Shown: positions 1-13,300 of the stretch, piece after piece
Layout of the letters: each line of letters begins with the position of its first letter
Numbering within the stretch: position 1 is the first letter of the stretch
Source of the DNA: Fonticula alba ATCC 38817
Taxonomy: Eukaryota > Protista > Nucleariida
Assembly (NCBI GenBank): GCA_000388065.2
Contig: KB932206.1
Strand: one strand, 5' to 3'
Length of the DNA stretch: 64,000 nucleotides
Translations under genes and position numbers: made by a program
Notes under the pieces: model-generated
Databases searched by the model: none
Told to the model about the DNA's origin: nothing
Seen by the model: the letters and a program-made list of their open reading frames with translations, nothing else

Positions 1-671
1 GTCAGTGTCGCGGGGGCGAGGCGCCTGTGAGAGAAGGCCGGCGGGGCAGGGCATGGGGGGGGCACATACCTCGCGGTACTTCTCAGCGCGAATGGCCAGC
101 TCACCGCGCACGGCATACTGGGCATCGCGCACGTGGCGGTTAATCGTGTCGAGGGTGAGGACCGGGGGGTGGTCTGCGAGAGATGACGGTAAGATGGGCG
201 GCGGAGGAGCGAGCAGCAGCGGCATCGATAGGGAGAGGAGGGCAAGAGAGGGAGGGAGGGAGAGAGAGAGAGGCACACAGACAAAAGGGCGGATGCATGG
301 GGCCGAGGCCTGGCAGGGAGGCCAGGTGAAAGGGGAGACGCACCGGCCTCGATGACAGCGCGGGTGGTAGGGGACATGGTGTCGTCGACGGGGATGGGCT
401 TTGGCTGGACCTTGCGGAAGGGGTGGACAAAGTGCTTGGAGAGGGAGTACTCTCGGGCCGGGGCCACGCCGGGAGGATTAAAATGGCCCTGGGATTGGGC
501 GACGATCTGGCCGAGGCCCATGGGCGATCGCGTTTGTGCACCCGGCCGGTAACCGCCGGCAGTGGACGTGTAGCCAGCCCCCCCGCGAGCAACTAAGACG
601 GCAGCGGCGGCGGCGGCGGTCCCGGCCGATCGGCCGAACCGAGAGTAGGCAGTCGCAAGACTCCCAAGCAT
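1..671 (-). CDS. GPT: Alanine aminotransferase (GPT/ALT1 family), 5' part only; runs off the window start
   Basis: ATG at 671. Exon 1 (671-~342) encodes MLGSLATAYSRFGRSAG..., followed by a GTGCGT..CAG intron. Exon ~173-70 encodes PVLTLDTINRHVRDAQYAVRGELAIRAEKYRE, the diagnostic ALT N-terminal motif (YAVRGE). A GTATGT..CAG intron follows. Confidence 0.88.
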   Translation of the reverse strand, partial: MLGSLATAYSRFGRSAGTAAAAAAVLVARGGAGYTSTAGGYRPGAQTRSPMGLGQIVAQSQGHFNPPGVAPAREYSLSKHFVHPFRKVQPKPIPVDDTMSPTTRAVIEAGASPLSPGLPARPRPHASALLSVCLSLSPSLPLLPSSPYRCRCCSLLRRPSYRHLSQTTPRSSPSTRLTATCAMPSMPCAVSWPFALRSTARYVPPPCPAPPAFSHRRLAPATL

Positions 672-2468
672 TTTTTCTCGCTTCAATTCGCAGGGAGTTG
701 GCCTTTTATTTTCGAGTCACGGCGATGGGGCTGATGCATGTTAGGGGCCGTTGAGCATCTCTCCGGGGAGCCGCGGCTCGGGGGCGTGCAGGGCGCAAGC
801 CAGGGCTGGCCGATTCCGAAGGGACGAAACGTGGCTCGTGGTGTGCCGGTCCACTGACCCATTCTGCCTCCCCCTCTCCTTGGGAGAGATAGGGCCGCGC
901 GGTGCACACACGCACGTCACACCGAGGCGCCCTCCCCCCCCCCCGCCCCCCCCGCAGAGAGAAGCCCCGGGGGTGCTTTGGGCCGGAATATTCCCCGCCT
1001 TCGGCTAGAGGCCCCCGTCTGAAAGCACGGCCAGGGAAGGGGGCCAAAAAAATCTGGGCACACATGTCCCCCCCTCTCCCCGTTCTCTCCCTGCTCGTCC
1101 ATCGCCCCGGACAGATGGCACACGGAGGCCGGGAGCGTGGGCTTGTCGGGGGGGGGGGGGGGGGGGGGGCGGAGGACCCTGACTCGGAGCGGAGAATGAC
1201 CTCCAAGTGTCCCCCCTGGCCAAGGACACACTCACATGATACATATGGAGGTAATGACATTTCGGCCATAATAACCCACAACCACTTCATCTGGGGCTGC
1301 GCCGCTTCCCTTCTCGTCCTTCTTCTTCTTCCTCCTCCTCGAGGATCGCAGCCTCTCTGTCACTGTCACTCATGCCTCTCCGTCACTGCCACTCATAATT
1401 CTACCCGTATTCTCACTCACTCGATCTTTCACTGAATCAGCCGCATGCCCCCCTTGTCCAGTTTTCGCAGAACAAACAATGATCTCTGGAGGACCCATGA
1501 TCCGAGCTTAGCGGCTCCCGGGGAAGGGGTCACCCGGCCGGATACTATCATGGTACGATGTGAAAATCCAACCAAAAGCTTGGCCCTCCCACAGCCCTAA
1601 TTCCGACCCAGTGCGTGGACGTTCGTACCTGAGGGAGGATGGGTATCGGGGAAGACAGGCAACCGGAGAGCAGGCGAGGCAAGGACGGATCGACTGACGA
1701 AAGGGACGGAGAACGCAGCGGCAAATGCGCCGCGGGAGAACAGGCGCTTAGAAAGGCGGGTGGGTTGGTTGTCAACTTCAAAAGCAATACCTGCGAAATG
1801 ATAAGTTGACATGCGTCATTCGGCTGCTCTCGAAAGCGCGAGGGGACGCAACAGCGCCGCACCCGAAGAGTACTTACTTCCAAGGAACTGAGGCAAGCAG
1901 CAGAGCGCTCGGCAAGGAGAGGTGGCCGTGACGGTGGCCTAGGGATGAGTAGGTGGCGTGGAACAGGAGAGGAGGGACGGGCAGGGATGTGGAAGTGAGT
2001 GCGAGCCTCGACTGTGTCCACTTCCAAATGAATATAACTCATGATGCCCCGCTGACGATTGCCTGGGCGGATGCAAAGAGGATGCAATGACTGGCCGCTG
2101 GCGATCGGCGGATCCATCCATAGATTAAGCCCCCCCCCCCCTCCCGCCCGCCCGCCCGCTCGCCCGCCCGCCCGCCCGCAGTAGCTGCCTGAGACATGAC
2201 ACACCCAGGAATGAAGAGGAGTCCCAGTGCCTGGGAACGAGGGGTGACACCCCGTGGCCGGAGAGCCCCCACTGTCATACAATTCATATTCTTCCGCCGG
2301 CCTTCCTGGCTCAACATACCCCCTTTGGCTGCCTGTCTGCGTGTCCCCGCCGCGATCCGTGGGGAACCCCCCCCCCCCCCCCCCGGAGGGGTGAGAAAAC
2401 AAAAACAAGACACCATGCCCCATTGAGGGTAAAGAAAGGCGCCAACACAATAGTCCCGATTCTGATAT

Positions 2469-4530
2469 TCAAACACCGGGTTCTATCCCGAGGAGAGTGA
2501 TCCGGAAAGGCGTCCGGATGTTGGTGATCGTTTCGGGGGCCTTCCAAAGGGAGCATACTTGGTTAGCTGCCAGCAGGGCAAGGTTGGCGGGATGTCATTG
2601 CCGCCTTGCCTCCAAGCCACCCCACCACAAAGCGGCCATACCATGCGGTTGGACTTCTCCACAGTGATAGCACCAAGAACTGGATCCTGCCTGGTCCCGC
2701 TATCCTGGCCGCCATGAGCAGGCCCGGGACTGGGTAGCATGACAATTCGTGTTGTGGCCGTTCGCCGCCAGGGGGCCCCGAGGCTGGGGCGCATTGTCCG
2801 ACCAATGCGCGGATGTTCCCACTTGTAGCCAGAGTTTGTCATCTATCGCGGGAGGGGCCGGTATGTTGGTGATTCCAAGGAAAGGCAAGACAGATGTGAG
2901 CAAGAGCCATGGAAATTGGCAGACGGCGAGAGGGAGAGACACAAAAGACCAGGAGGCAATCGCCAGGCGCACGAGAATCGAAAAGCGCCCTGTCAGCGCC
3001 AGGTCCTGAAGCAATGCCCCAACTGAGGAGGCCATGCCACTGTATTCCGCGTTGACTGTTGCGCCGAGTGCGCGCTGCAAATGCGGCACCTGGCTCGGCG
3101 GTGGGGCTTGCGAGCTGGTCCCCCCCGACAAGGAGGATGGTGCTCCCGTGCCGGCATCCAGGCCCAGCTGGATGCTATGGGGCCGCGTCAGCAGAGCCGC
3201 CGGCGAGTCAATCACCAGCAGCAGTGGCGATCCCGTGGAGGGGTGCGGGACATGCTGCCGGGCAAGCTGGTGCAGCAGCACAAGAAGAGCCCCCACATCC
3301 GACACACGAACACACTCGATCCGGTCCAAAGATGCCTGAACCAAGCGCCGACGGGCATCCGGCATCGTGCGCAGACCGCCGGTCAGCGGGTGCTTCGGGT
3401 GCAGGAGCTGGCCCATGCGTCGGAAGAGCAAGTCAGCCATGCGCTGGGCGCTAGGCTGTGTGCCGGTGTCGACAAACAGGACTGCCGGCTGTGGGGCCGG
3501 CTGGGCCTCCAATTGGTCGAGGGCCGCCCCGACGGAGGGGGCCTGCCCGGTGGCGAACGAAAGCTCGACATCACGCAGCGTAGCCAGGCCCCCGGCCACT
3601 GCGGCCACCTGTTGGCAGAGCTGCCGAGGGGGTGTTTTTCAGTCTGGAGTAGTCAGCGTCCGAGGGCCCAAAGGAAGAAGAGTGATCTCGAAGAGAGGGG
3701 GAGAGGCAAAGAGGAAGCGAGAGAGATAGAGAGAGAGAGAGGCCAGGCAGGCTCACGCACCTGAGACTTGCCGCAATTTGCCGGGCCGAGGACCTCAACA
3801 ATATCACCCCCAATCAGCCCCCCATCAAGGAGCTTGTCGAGCCTACGAAGCAAGACAGGCGGTTTCCGGGTTAGTTCTGGACAGGGAGAGGGGAGGGGGG
3901 GGGGGGGGAGGGGGGCGTTCCCCAGAGGTGAGGCATGGCATTTATCTTGCCATTGTGCGCGTACCCCGGCAGCAGTGTGGGGATGGCGTCTTTGGTGGCG
4001 AAGTCAGCCACTAACGGCCCCGGGTCAGGATCGCAAAACTCCTCATCCAGCATACTCATGAAGGCTCGCACGGCCGAGGACTGCCGAGGGAGCGAGTCCC
4101 CGGGGTCGGGTGGATGGCCGGCGGGCAGACGGCCAAAGAGCTCCGGACATAGTGCCTCAGGCTCGGTGGCATACTCATCAATGAGTGCCAGCTGCAGGGC
4201 CTCGACCGCCTGCCAGGGGTGTGTCAGGGAGGGGGCAGGTGTCAAAGAAGGGAGGCCGAGGAGCAAGAGGAGGAGAAGGAGTCGGCGCACGTCAGACGAC
4301 AGTTCGAAGCCCGATTGGCGAACAAGATGGTCAGGCTCCGAGAGGATGATGCTAAGATCTGAGATGGGGCCAGGGAGGAAGTCAGCAGGGGGGGGGGGGA
4401 GCAGGGGAGATTGGCGATCGCATGAAAAAGGAGGGGGACAAACAAAGGCAGAGAGTGGCTCCGGCGCACCGGAACGGATGCCGAGTGAGGCGAGGATTTC
4501 GGCGGTGCTGCGACGAGGCCATGTTCCCAT
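2469..4530 (-). CDS. RAD51D: RAD51 paralog, RAD51D-like (multi-exon; start uncertain)
   Basis: LDKLLDGGLIGGDIVEVLGPANCGKSQ (Walker A, ~3765-3845), VLFVDT, LLVIDS (Walker B), TRIVML...ITVEKSNR, and a terminal exon APETITNIRTPFRITLLGIEPGV* (TGA at 2469-2471). N-terminal exons EILASLGIRS / LSIILSEPDHLVRQSG / ALQLALIDEYA resemble the RAD51D N-domain. Confidence 0.75.
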
Positions 4531-5053
4531 GATCGCACACACGAAGCCGAGGCAGCGAGGGCCAATCGGGGGACGGACGGATGGACGGACGGGCAGGGAG
4601 GATGGGGTCGAGGATTGGGTTTGACGAATGCTGGATGCCCCCTTGCCCCCGCGAGCGGGTGCCATTTTCCCTGGGCAGCCGATCAGGGGTGGCGCCCCAC
4701 AGGTGCCCACGATAGTGCTGATCACATGCCCCCGCTCCATGTGTCTGTCGATCCGCCGCACTTCGCGCCCTCGCCGCCGGGCCCCGGCCGCACGGCCGCC
4801 CCCCTGGCCCCCCGACGTCGCCCATGAGGAAGGCCGCACGCGCGCGTGGGGGCAAATTTGTCCGACCATCTTCCCGTGAGGTTACCATCGTTGTGCATCC
4901 CACCCCACTGTCCCCTCCCCTCCCCTCCCCTTCCAGCCAGCTCTCCTTCTCTGCCTTCCTCCTCCCCCCCCCCCTCTTCGGCCCTCATCCATCTCCTTCC
5001 TCCTCCCTGTCCGCCCTGCACCCCCCCTCCCCCCCCACACACATCGACGCAGG

Positions 5054-7304
5054 ATGTCCGCTGTGAAGAGCCCCAAGGCCGCGGGGAAGATCGCGAGTCC
5101 GTCCCCGGCTGCCAAGTCCCCCAAGCCCCGCACTCCGAAGGCCAAGACCCCCGTGAAGGTGGCCTCCCCTGTGCAGCCCCATGAGGATGAGCATGATGAC
5201 GACCACGGGGCCATCTCCTTGTTTGCCGGGAGTGCGCCAATTGTCCTCAGCAAGCCGACCACCGGCGGCTCCTCCCCCGAGGCAGGCCTCAAGTCGGGCC
5301 AGACCAAGGACACTGCCGAGCCTCATGCGGCCGAGTCCGCGGCCAAGACTCCCTCGCTCTCGCCGGAGAAGCTTGTTGCCCGCGACCGGGCGCCGCTTGA
5401 GGCCAACATGGCCGAGCTGGCCAAGCAGCTCCAGCAGATTCGCGCGCACCTGGCTCCTCTGGCTGACCGGTGCGTTGGCGTGGCCTTCCCTGCCCTTCTT
5501 CCCTTTCGTCTTGTCCCTCTCTCTCCCTCTCCCTCGCTCTTCCTACCTCAGGATGGGCCTGGGTGAGCGTCGCACAAACACCCGAATGCCCTCTCCTCTG
5601 TTGCTGATGCCCGCTCCCCCCCCCTCCCAGCATCAAGCAGGGCGAGCTTGAGACTGCCAATGGCGTGGGCTTCCTCGACGCCAAGTACCGTATGTGACCT
5701 TTTACATATCCATACCTTTGTGGTCTTTTGTTTGTCGGTTCTCCTCTTGGATCTCTGGGCTCTTGCATGGGACGCCTCATCCCCCTGACTTCCTCCTCTT
5801 GCATGCGGTCCTCCCTCGCCGGCAAAAAAAAACAAACCCCCAACGAACAGAGCTCCTGCTGTCGTACTGCGCGGACCTTGTGCACTACATGTCTCACAAG
5901 GCGTCCGGCCGGTCGGTCGGCCCGGAGTCCGAGGACTTCGCCGAGACCCTGGCCTCGCTCATCAAGACCCGCATCTATCTGGAGAAGATCCGCCCGCTGG
6001 AGAACAAGTTCAAGTACCAGATTGACAAGTACATCAAGGCGGCCACCACGGGTGCCGGGTCCGGGGCCACTTCCAGCGCGGCAGGTGCGCACGCGGTCTC
6101 CTTTGTTTGGTGGGTTTTCCCTGGTCAAAGTGTTGACTCCCCCCCCCCCCCCCCCCCCNNNNNNNNNNNCCCCCCCCCGGGGCCCTGCCCATTCTCTGTG
6201 CTGTATTCTGCAGACGCTCTTGGCAGTCTGTCTGCCCGGCCGAATGTCATGAACCTGGATGACGGGGACTCGTCGGACGATGGTGGTGCGCTTGCTCCGG
6301 CTCCCTGTGGCCTTATGGTCACTCCCATTTCTAGTCGCCCTCCTTTTCCCCCTCACGCCGGCCTGTGGCACCGGCCTCCGTCACTCCTCCTTCCATCCCT
6401 AACCCCGATGGTGTAAACATCACTCCCCCGCCATGGTGGTCCGAAAGCCGCCGCCCGCTCGCGCGCTGGCAAGTCCGCCGCCCTGCAGTCTGCCACCAGC
6501 ATGGAGGCCGAGACCGGTGCGTTTTTGCCGCCTTTTCGCATCCCTGCCCTGGCCTTTGCTATGGCTGCCTCGTCGGGCACTGACCCGCTCATGTGTCGGA
6601 CGGGCATAGTCGATCGGTCCAAGCGCTCGGCCGACCGTCTGGTCAAGTCGCGTGAGCAGCGCAACATGCTGCAGGAGCTGCACCGGGAGTTCACCGATGC
6701 GCCGGAGGAGATCGCCGAGGAGCGTCCGGAGGAGGACGACCTGGAGCGCGCGCGCACCGAGCATGAGGAGGCCACCTTCACTCGTTTGCAGGTGACGCGC
6801 AAGGACCGCGCCCGCCTGAAGCGCAACACCGAGCGCTCCAGCGATCTGCGCGACCTGGAGGAGTTCTCCGATATCACCAGCCTACAGGTGACCAAGGAGT
6901 GCGTCCATTGCCTTCCTTTTGCCCTGTGTTTCCGCCCCCCGGCGGGCTGATGTCCTTTGTTGTTGCCAGCTGGTCGCGAGTATGTGTGGGTGGGTGGGTG
7001 GGTGAATCTAGGGGGAACATACTGCGGATGATAGCGTGCCCTGACTGATGGACTCCTGCTGCTGCTTGCCACCCGCCACTGGGCCAGGCGCTCCGACTTC
7101 GAGGACAGCCTGGCCGCACGGCGGCCCGTGGCACAAGTGGCCTCTGCGTACCACGAGCGCCGACGCCTGGCCAATGAGGCCGCCATCAATGAGCAGCGTC
7201 AGCATTCGCGCCCGATGAAGCGTCTGCGCGAGCAGATCCGCGAGACCGAGGCCAAGAAGAAGCCCTCTTCGGCGGCCGGTGGCAAGCGCCCCCGGCGCTC
7301 TTGA
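5054..7304 (+). CDS. NGDN: Neuroguidin/Lcp5 (Sas10/Utp3/C1D family; SSU processome)
   Basis: ELLLSYCADLVHYMSHK...LIKTRIYLEKIRPLENKFKYQIDK (Sas10/C1D domain) and LQELHREFTDAPEEI...HEEATFTRLQVTRKD...LEEFSDITSL (NGDN C-terminal motif). Multi-exon; stop TGA at 7302-7304; small N-gap in an intron. Confidence 0.88.
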
Positions 7305-10300
7305 GTGTACTGAGTCAGCTCGCGGTGTCCCTCCACGTGCTTTGCGCGAGAGTGCGTGTCTGTCACCCTGGCCGCCTCTGCCTCTCCCTCCGTCTCTCTT
7401 TCCCCCTTCTTCCAGGTATATGCCCTTGCTTTTGAGTGCGTGAATACGGGCTTGTGTGCGTGTATTGTATCAGTGTGAGCACATGTCCTCGTTGTCCCCC
7501 CCCCCCTCCGTGCAGGATAGATGTGCCTCCTTTGTCGTTGGCATGGCCTGTGTGGGTGCAGGGAGATGAGCGATGCGCGTTTGCACAGGCCCGCTGTGTT
7601 CGAAATCCGTCCGTCTTGCTTTTCCGTGTAAAATATAATTCCGTGTTTTTTTCCCCCCTCCTGCATGGTACTTTGTCGCGAGCTGCATCATGTCGGAGCC
7701 CGGCGCCGTTCGGTTTGGACACGGTCGTCGCGGTGGGGGGGGGGGTGGGGACAAGGAAGACATGGCGCACCAAGAGCACCCGTGTGCTCCGGTCGGAGAC
7801 TCCCACCGGGCAACCAAGAACGAGCCCCTCTTGGCTGTGCTTTATTTAACTCAGGCCGCGAGGAGCCACGAATGCCAACGATACCGCCAGGATGGATGTG
7901 TTGGCGGCTGCGCGGTGAGTGGGCAGCTTGTCAATGCCCCCGGTCCTGGCGTCTCTTTTACCCCTGCATGTTTTTTTTTGTACTCCCACGAGAGAGGCGC
8001 GGACTGGAACATGAGAGGGGACGCCCCATCGGACAGCTGATTCCCCTCCCCCCTCGGGCCCCGCTCTCCCGGGGACATTCTGTTGTGCAGGCCGCAGGGG
8101 GGGGGGGGGGGCGGGGTCTCTGATGATGCCGGAGGTTGATGCATTTAGCTTGTGCAGAATGGAGGCGGGCTGGGGCGGGAAGTTGAATATAAAAATAATC
8201 CAAGGCACATATATAACCCGGCATTGTCGTCGGGCACACCAGCACCCTAAATCATCACCAAGGTGGCCCGGCTTCGAGGGCCCGCGGTGTGCGTGTGTGT
8301 GTGTGTGTGTGTGTGCTGCTTCTGTTTTCCTCTCTCACTCCGGCCAGTCCCTCGTCCCTTCTGTCTCCGGCCCCCTGGCCCCGCGCTCCTCCCTTGTCGG
8401 GGGCGGAGCCTATCCCTGTGTAGCGCAGCGCGGGGGAGCTGCGTGCGTGCGCGCGTGTGTGCGTGTGTGTGCAGGGAGGGGGGTCTACGGAGGAGGAATG
8501 TCCTTTCAATTTGCACTGGGGCGCCCCTGCGTCCGGACGCTGGCCGACAGGAGGTTGTTTGGTGCCCCTCCCCCCCGGCAGGCTGGGTCAGGGGGTCTGG
8601 CGAATGCCTGCCTCGCTCGCGCTGCCTCGCCCCCCCTCCCCCCCCTCCGCACTCGAGAGGCATGAGCGGCGCGGGGGTGTAACCGCCAGCAATGGTTCCC
8701 GCAAGAGCATGTGGGGGGCGGAGGGGGCGGCGGCGGCGGCGGCGGCGACGGCGGCGGCCTGCCACCCGGCCGGCGGAGCAATGGCTGGGTGAGATGGGTT
8801 TACCACGGGCATGTATCCCCCCGTTGCCGGGCGCCCCCCCTGTGGCGGTGGGCGGGTGCGTAAGCGCGCGCGTGCGCCCACATGCCCTGCGGAGCGGGGT
8901 CAGGCAAGGTTCCCGGGCCGGGGGGCCGGGGCGCGGGGTACGGCGGCCGGGGACCCAGGCGCGCCCGGCGCTTGGAAGATGGGCAGATGATGCGAGAGGG
9001 CCCTCCCAAGCTCGCCCCGGGCTTGGGGGACGCCATGCGCGCCGGGCTTGGCCGGTTCGCACCTTGCCCGCCCGAGGGCGAGCATGAGCCTCGAGGGGCC
9101 ATCGTCAAGGGCCACGCCGTGTCGCCTCCGGGGGCGAGGGAGAGAGAGGGGGCATTTGCGCGAACTCGCGCCCCGGAGGCCGCGCGTGCGTGCGCGTGTG
9201 TGCGCCATCGACCAGGCGTTCCCACGAGCTGCCAGCGCGCCACCCCGCCGTTGACTGAAACAGCCGGCCTCCCGGGCATGACCCCTGCCCGGCCGGTTGC
9301 AGCCGACTGGTGTATGGGCCCCGAGCCGGCGGGCGTGTCTTCCGGCGTGCGCGCTCGAGCATCCCGCCTGCTCGAGGCCAAGCCCGAGCCGGTCGTCGGG
9401 CCGCGTCCGAGGGCGCCGCGTCGGCCGGGGATGGCTCATTTGTCTCCAAGGCCGCTGCCTGGGGGGGGGGGGCGCGCGGGCGGGCATGGGGCGGCGGAGC
9501 ACGCCAGGCCGAGGTTCGCCCATGCAGGGTCCGACCGTTTCCCCCCGCCGGGGCGTTTGTTGTTGGATGCGCCACAAGCCGCCCAGCAGCCTGGGGGCGG
9601 CGAGGCCATCACCCCCGGGGCACGGTGGGGATCCTGTGTCTTGGACTGAGGGTGGCGGCGGCCGGGGTGTGACTGGTCGCCGGACGTGGATGGCATTCCG
9701 GCGGTCGTCGCCCGACCCCCCTGCCGCCGCCGCCGCCCGGCCGCCCGGCCGCCGTCATCAGTTGGGGAAAGGGTGCCCCGGCACGCGAGCGCTCCCGCGG
9801 TGTCGAGGAGCGGGCAAGCGCGAGCGGCCGCGCAAGCAAGTACGAGCGCCGGCTTTGGCTGGGCCCCAGCGCGGGCCCGAAAAATGCCTTGTTTCATCTC
9901 GTTCACACCGGGAAAGCGGCTCGCAAGTTCTACGTTCCTCCCGCCGCCCGGGCCCCCAGGGTCCCGCTGGCTATCGGCTATGTATGGGCTTTGGCAGAGG
10001 CACACACATGCCTTCGGGCCACATACCGCGGAGCATGAGTGCAACACCGCCCCCCCCCCTTCACCCATACCGATTCGCATATGGGCTCGCTCGAGCTTGC
10101 TCGTTCTCCCCAACACCCGGCCTGGAGGCGCGGCCCTCGGCGGGGCCCAGTCGTCCGGCCTTCCGGCTGTGCCTGTNNNNNNNNNNNNNNNNNNNNNNNN
10201 NNNNNNNNNNNNNNNNNNNNNNNNNNNNNNNNNNNNNNNNNNNNNNNNNNNNNNNNNNNNNNNNNNNNNNNCCCCCCCCCCCTTCCCCCCGCCACCTCGC

Positions 10301-13300
10301 CTCGTAGCGCCCTGGGCCACAGCGCCTCATTTGCCGAGGGCGCGGGCGCGGGCGCGGGCGCGGGCCGGGGGGCCGGCCAGGCGGGGCGAGGGAGGCACAT
10401 GCGGGCTTGTGCGGTTTCTCACTTTGAAGGGCGGCGTATGGCCTCCCAGAGAGGCCCACCATCCTCTGACCCCCAGCCGAGGCTGGTCGGGGCCATCCCT
10501 GGAGCGTCCCCCCTGCCCCGGCCGTCGTACCCTTGTTGGCGGCTTGGCTGGCAGGCGGGGTCGGGGGAGGTTTTCCCCTCAGCTCATGTTGCCCGGAGGG
10601 GCGGGGGCACCGACACACCAGCATGTACCCCGGGGTCGCGGGCTCTCCCGCACCCTCGCCCTCCCCCGTGGTGTCAGCTTTTGCAGGGCCGACCTGCTTG
10701 CAGGGAGAGAGCCCGCGCCCGTGCCCGCGCCCGGGCCCGGGCCCGTGCCGTCCCCCCCCCCCTCTCCCGCCCTTTGTCCGGTCCCCGCGGTCGTTGCCCC
10801 CTGCGGGCCGGCGCACGCACCCTCCCCTGCCTTCTGTCCTTGTCTCACAGGTTCGGTGGGGGCTGGCGGGAGGACGGGGGCGGGGGGGGGGAGATCGAGG
10901 CGGGATGGTGCGCGCGCTATGGCCAGATCGGTTTCCCGTCACTTGGTCCGGCACCTGGGACATTGTCTTCCTCATCGGTGGGGGGTTCCTTAGTGTGCCC
11001 GCGCAAGCGGGCGCCGCCCCACTGGCCGTGTATCTATTGCGGGCCCTCGGCTCCGGCTTGTGTAGGTGTGCGCGTGGGTGTGGAAGTGCTTGCATGCGGT
11101 TCGGGCGTCGGCGCGCGCTTCCTCTGGCAGGGAGACCCATGCGGGTGGGCCGGCTGCTTCTTCGATAGCCCCTCGCGCGCGCGCGCTTTCATGGCTCGAG
11201 TGGTCCGGCTGTCAGTGGGACGGGAGTGCCAGCAATTTCGACCGCCGCGCTGCCGGCAGCGGGCCACCCCATCGTTCCCTCCCGGGCGTAGCCGGCGAGC
11301 ATGCACAGGGCGTTCACGAGCCGGGGGCAGGGCGCCGGCGGCGGGGGGGGGGGGGGGGGGCGGGCATGTTTCTCAGGCCCGTGCTGGCGGTTGGTGGCCG
11401 TCCGAGGAGGGCGCGTCGGTGATTAGCCACCGGTGGCGGTTTCCCGGAAGCGATGCTGGGCTGGACGCCCGCCCCCCCTGCCCCCGCCCCCCTCTCCGCC
11501 CTCCCGTGGGGGCTGGAGGCAGTTTCCCTGCCCCGGGGGTGTGATGCCCCCGGCCCCCTTGGGCGAGTAATCCGGCATGGGAGCCTATTTTCCATTGGTG
11601 TTGACCGGGCGCCCAGACACCGCCGGAGCGATGAGGCGACGGGGCGCCCTGTTCCACTGGTGCCGCCAGCGGGTTTGCTCGGTCTCGGCCGGGCAGCCCG
11701 TTCGACGGCCGGACAGGGGCTGGCGGGGGCGGCGGGGGCGGCGGGGGCGAGGGCCGTGCGAGAACGCGGCCGCCCGGCCCTCTTTCCACGCTCCCGCCCG
11801 GGGTCCGCCCCCCCCCCCCCTCCCTTTTCGGGGGGAGTTGGGAATCTCCCCCTCCTCCCGCGCCGACCGCCCACACCCAACAGCCGGGCCGGGCCGGGCC
11901 GGGCCGGGGGGCGGGGACGACAGTCATCACAGAGTGGTCTCCCGGGGCGGGTCAGGCGGGGGGGGGCCACACACACACACCCACACCCACAGGGGCCCTC
12001 CCACCCCCTCCTCGTTGTGACCCTTTCCCTGCTTAAGACACAGCGAGGGAGCGGGAGGGAGAAAGCCCGACCGCCAGCCGGGTAGCATGCAGGAAGCAAG
12101 GTGGAGGACGGGGGAGCGGCGGGAGGCGGCGAGCCGGACGAGTCAGCCCCCGTCAGGGCTCCGGGGCTGGTGGGCCCGGCCACGAGCCTCCCCGGCCCGG
12201 GGCACCTCACGCGCCCGTGGCCAGTGCTCCCGGGGTCCCAGGGGTGGACGCTTCACACTCGATTGTGCCCCTGACTCGCCATCTGTCCCGCCCTCGCCTT
12301 GCCCGCCGTTTGGCCTTCCTGTTCCCCCCTCCCCGGCCCCCGGCCCCCGGCCCCCAAGCCAGGACGATCTCTGCCAGGGAGCGCCGGGAGGTGTCACGCC
12401 CACTGGTTGCCCTCCCCACTCTTGTGATCCGCCCCCACACGATGGGGTGGGGACGCGCTCGCGCGCACGCGCGCTGTGATGCGCACACCGCGGGACGAGG
12501 CTCGAGCCCCCCCGCCCCCGACCCGCGCCCTCCGAGGACCCGCCACGCCCATCTCCCGGGGGGGGGCGGGGCCGGCCGTGTGCGGCCCGTCCGGCCAGGC
12601 GACCTCCTCCAAAAATGGGGCACATCGACCTCGGGGGGACTCCTGAGCTCGGCGAATGCATGCGGCCCGCCCGGGCCCCCCCCCCCCTCTCCCCCGGGGG
12701 GAGGGAGGCTGGTGGAGCTGCGCCCACTGTTCGCGCACTCCATTCCCCCCTCCTCCCCTCGACCCCCGGCTCGCAGACTGCCCCTTGCTCTATTTTCATT
12801 GCATTTTCACGTCCCAACCGGAGTGCACCTCCCGCAGCTACCCCTGCTGCCGGCCCGGCCCGGCCCGGCCCGTATCGGGCCCGGCGGTGTAGCTGGCTAG
12901 AAAGTCGACCTCGGCTCGATGACACACCGGGACCCGGAATTCAGCGCCGCCGTCCAGGCTCGCAAGACGTACCTGGGCCATATTTCACCGGGCCCAGCCG
13001 GCTCCTGGACGCGCATCTACCGCTGCCCCCGGCTCTCCGCGGGACAGCCACACGGCCTCCTCGTGCGAGAGGGCGGTCGCATGCCGCGGTGCTCCGCCTC
13101 CCTGCCCCGCTCCCCTGCGCACGGGGAGCTCTCGAGCCACAAGAGGCATCGGGCCCGCCCCAGTCACGGCGATTGCCTTGGGGTGGATGTGCGTGCGCCT
13201 GCCTGCCGGTGTTAATGGGTGTGTTTATAGTGGAAGTCAATAATATTTGTCCCTCCGCCCCCGCCCCCGCGCCTCATGTCTGGCCTGAGTCCTCACATGC

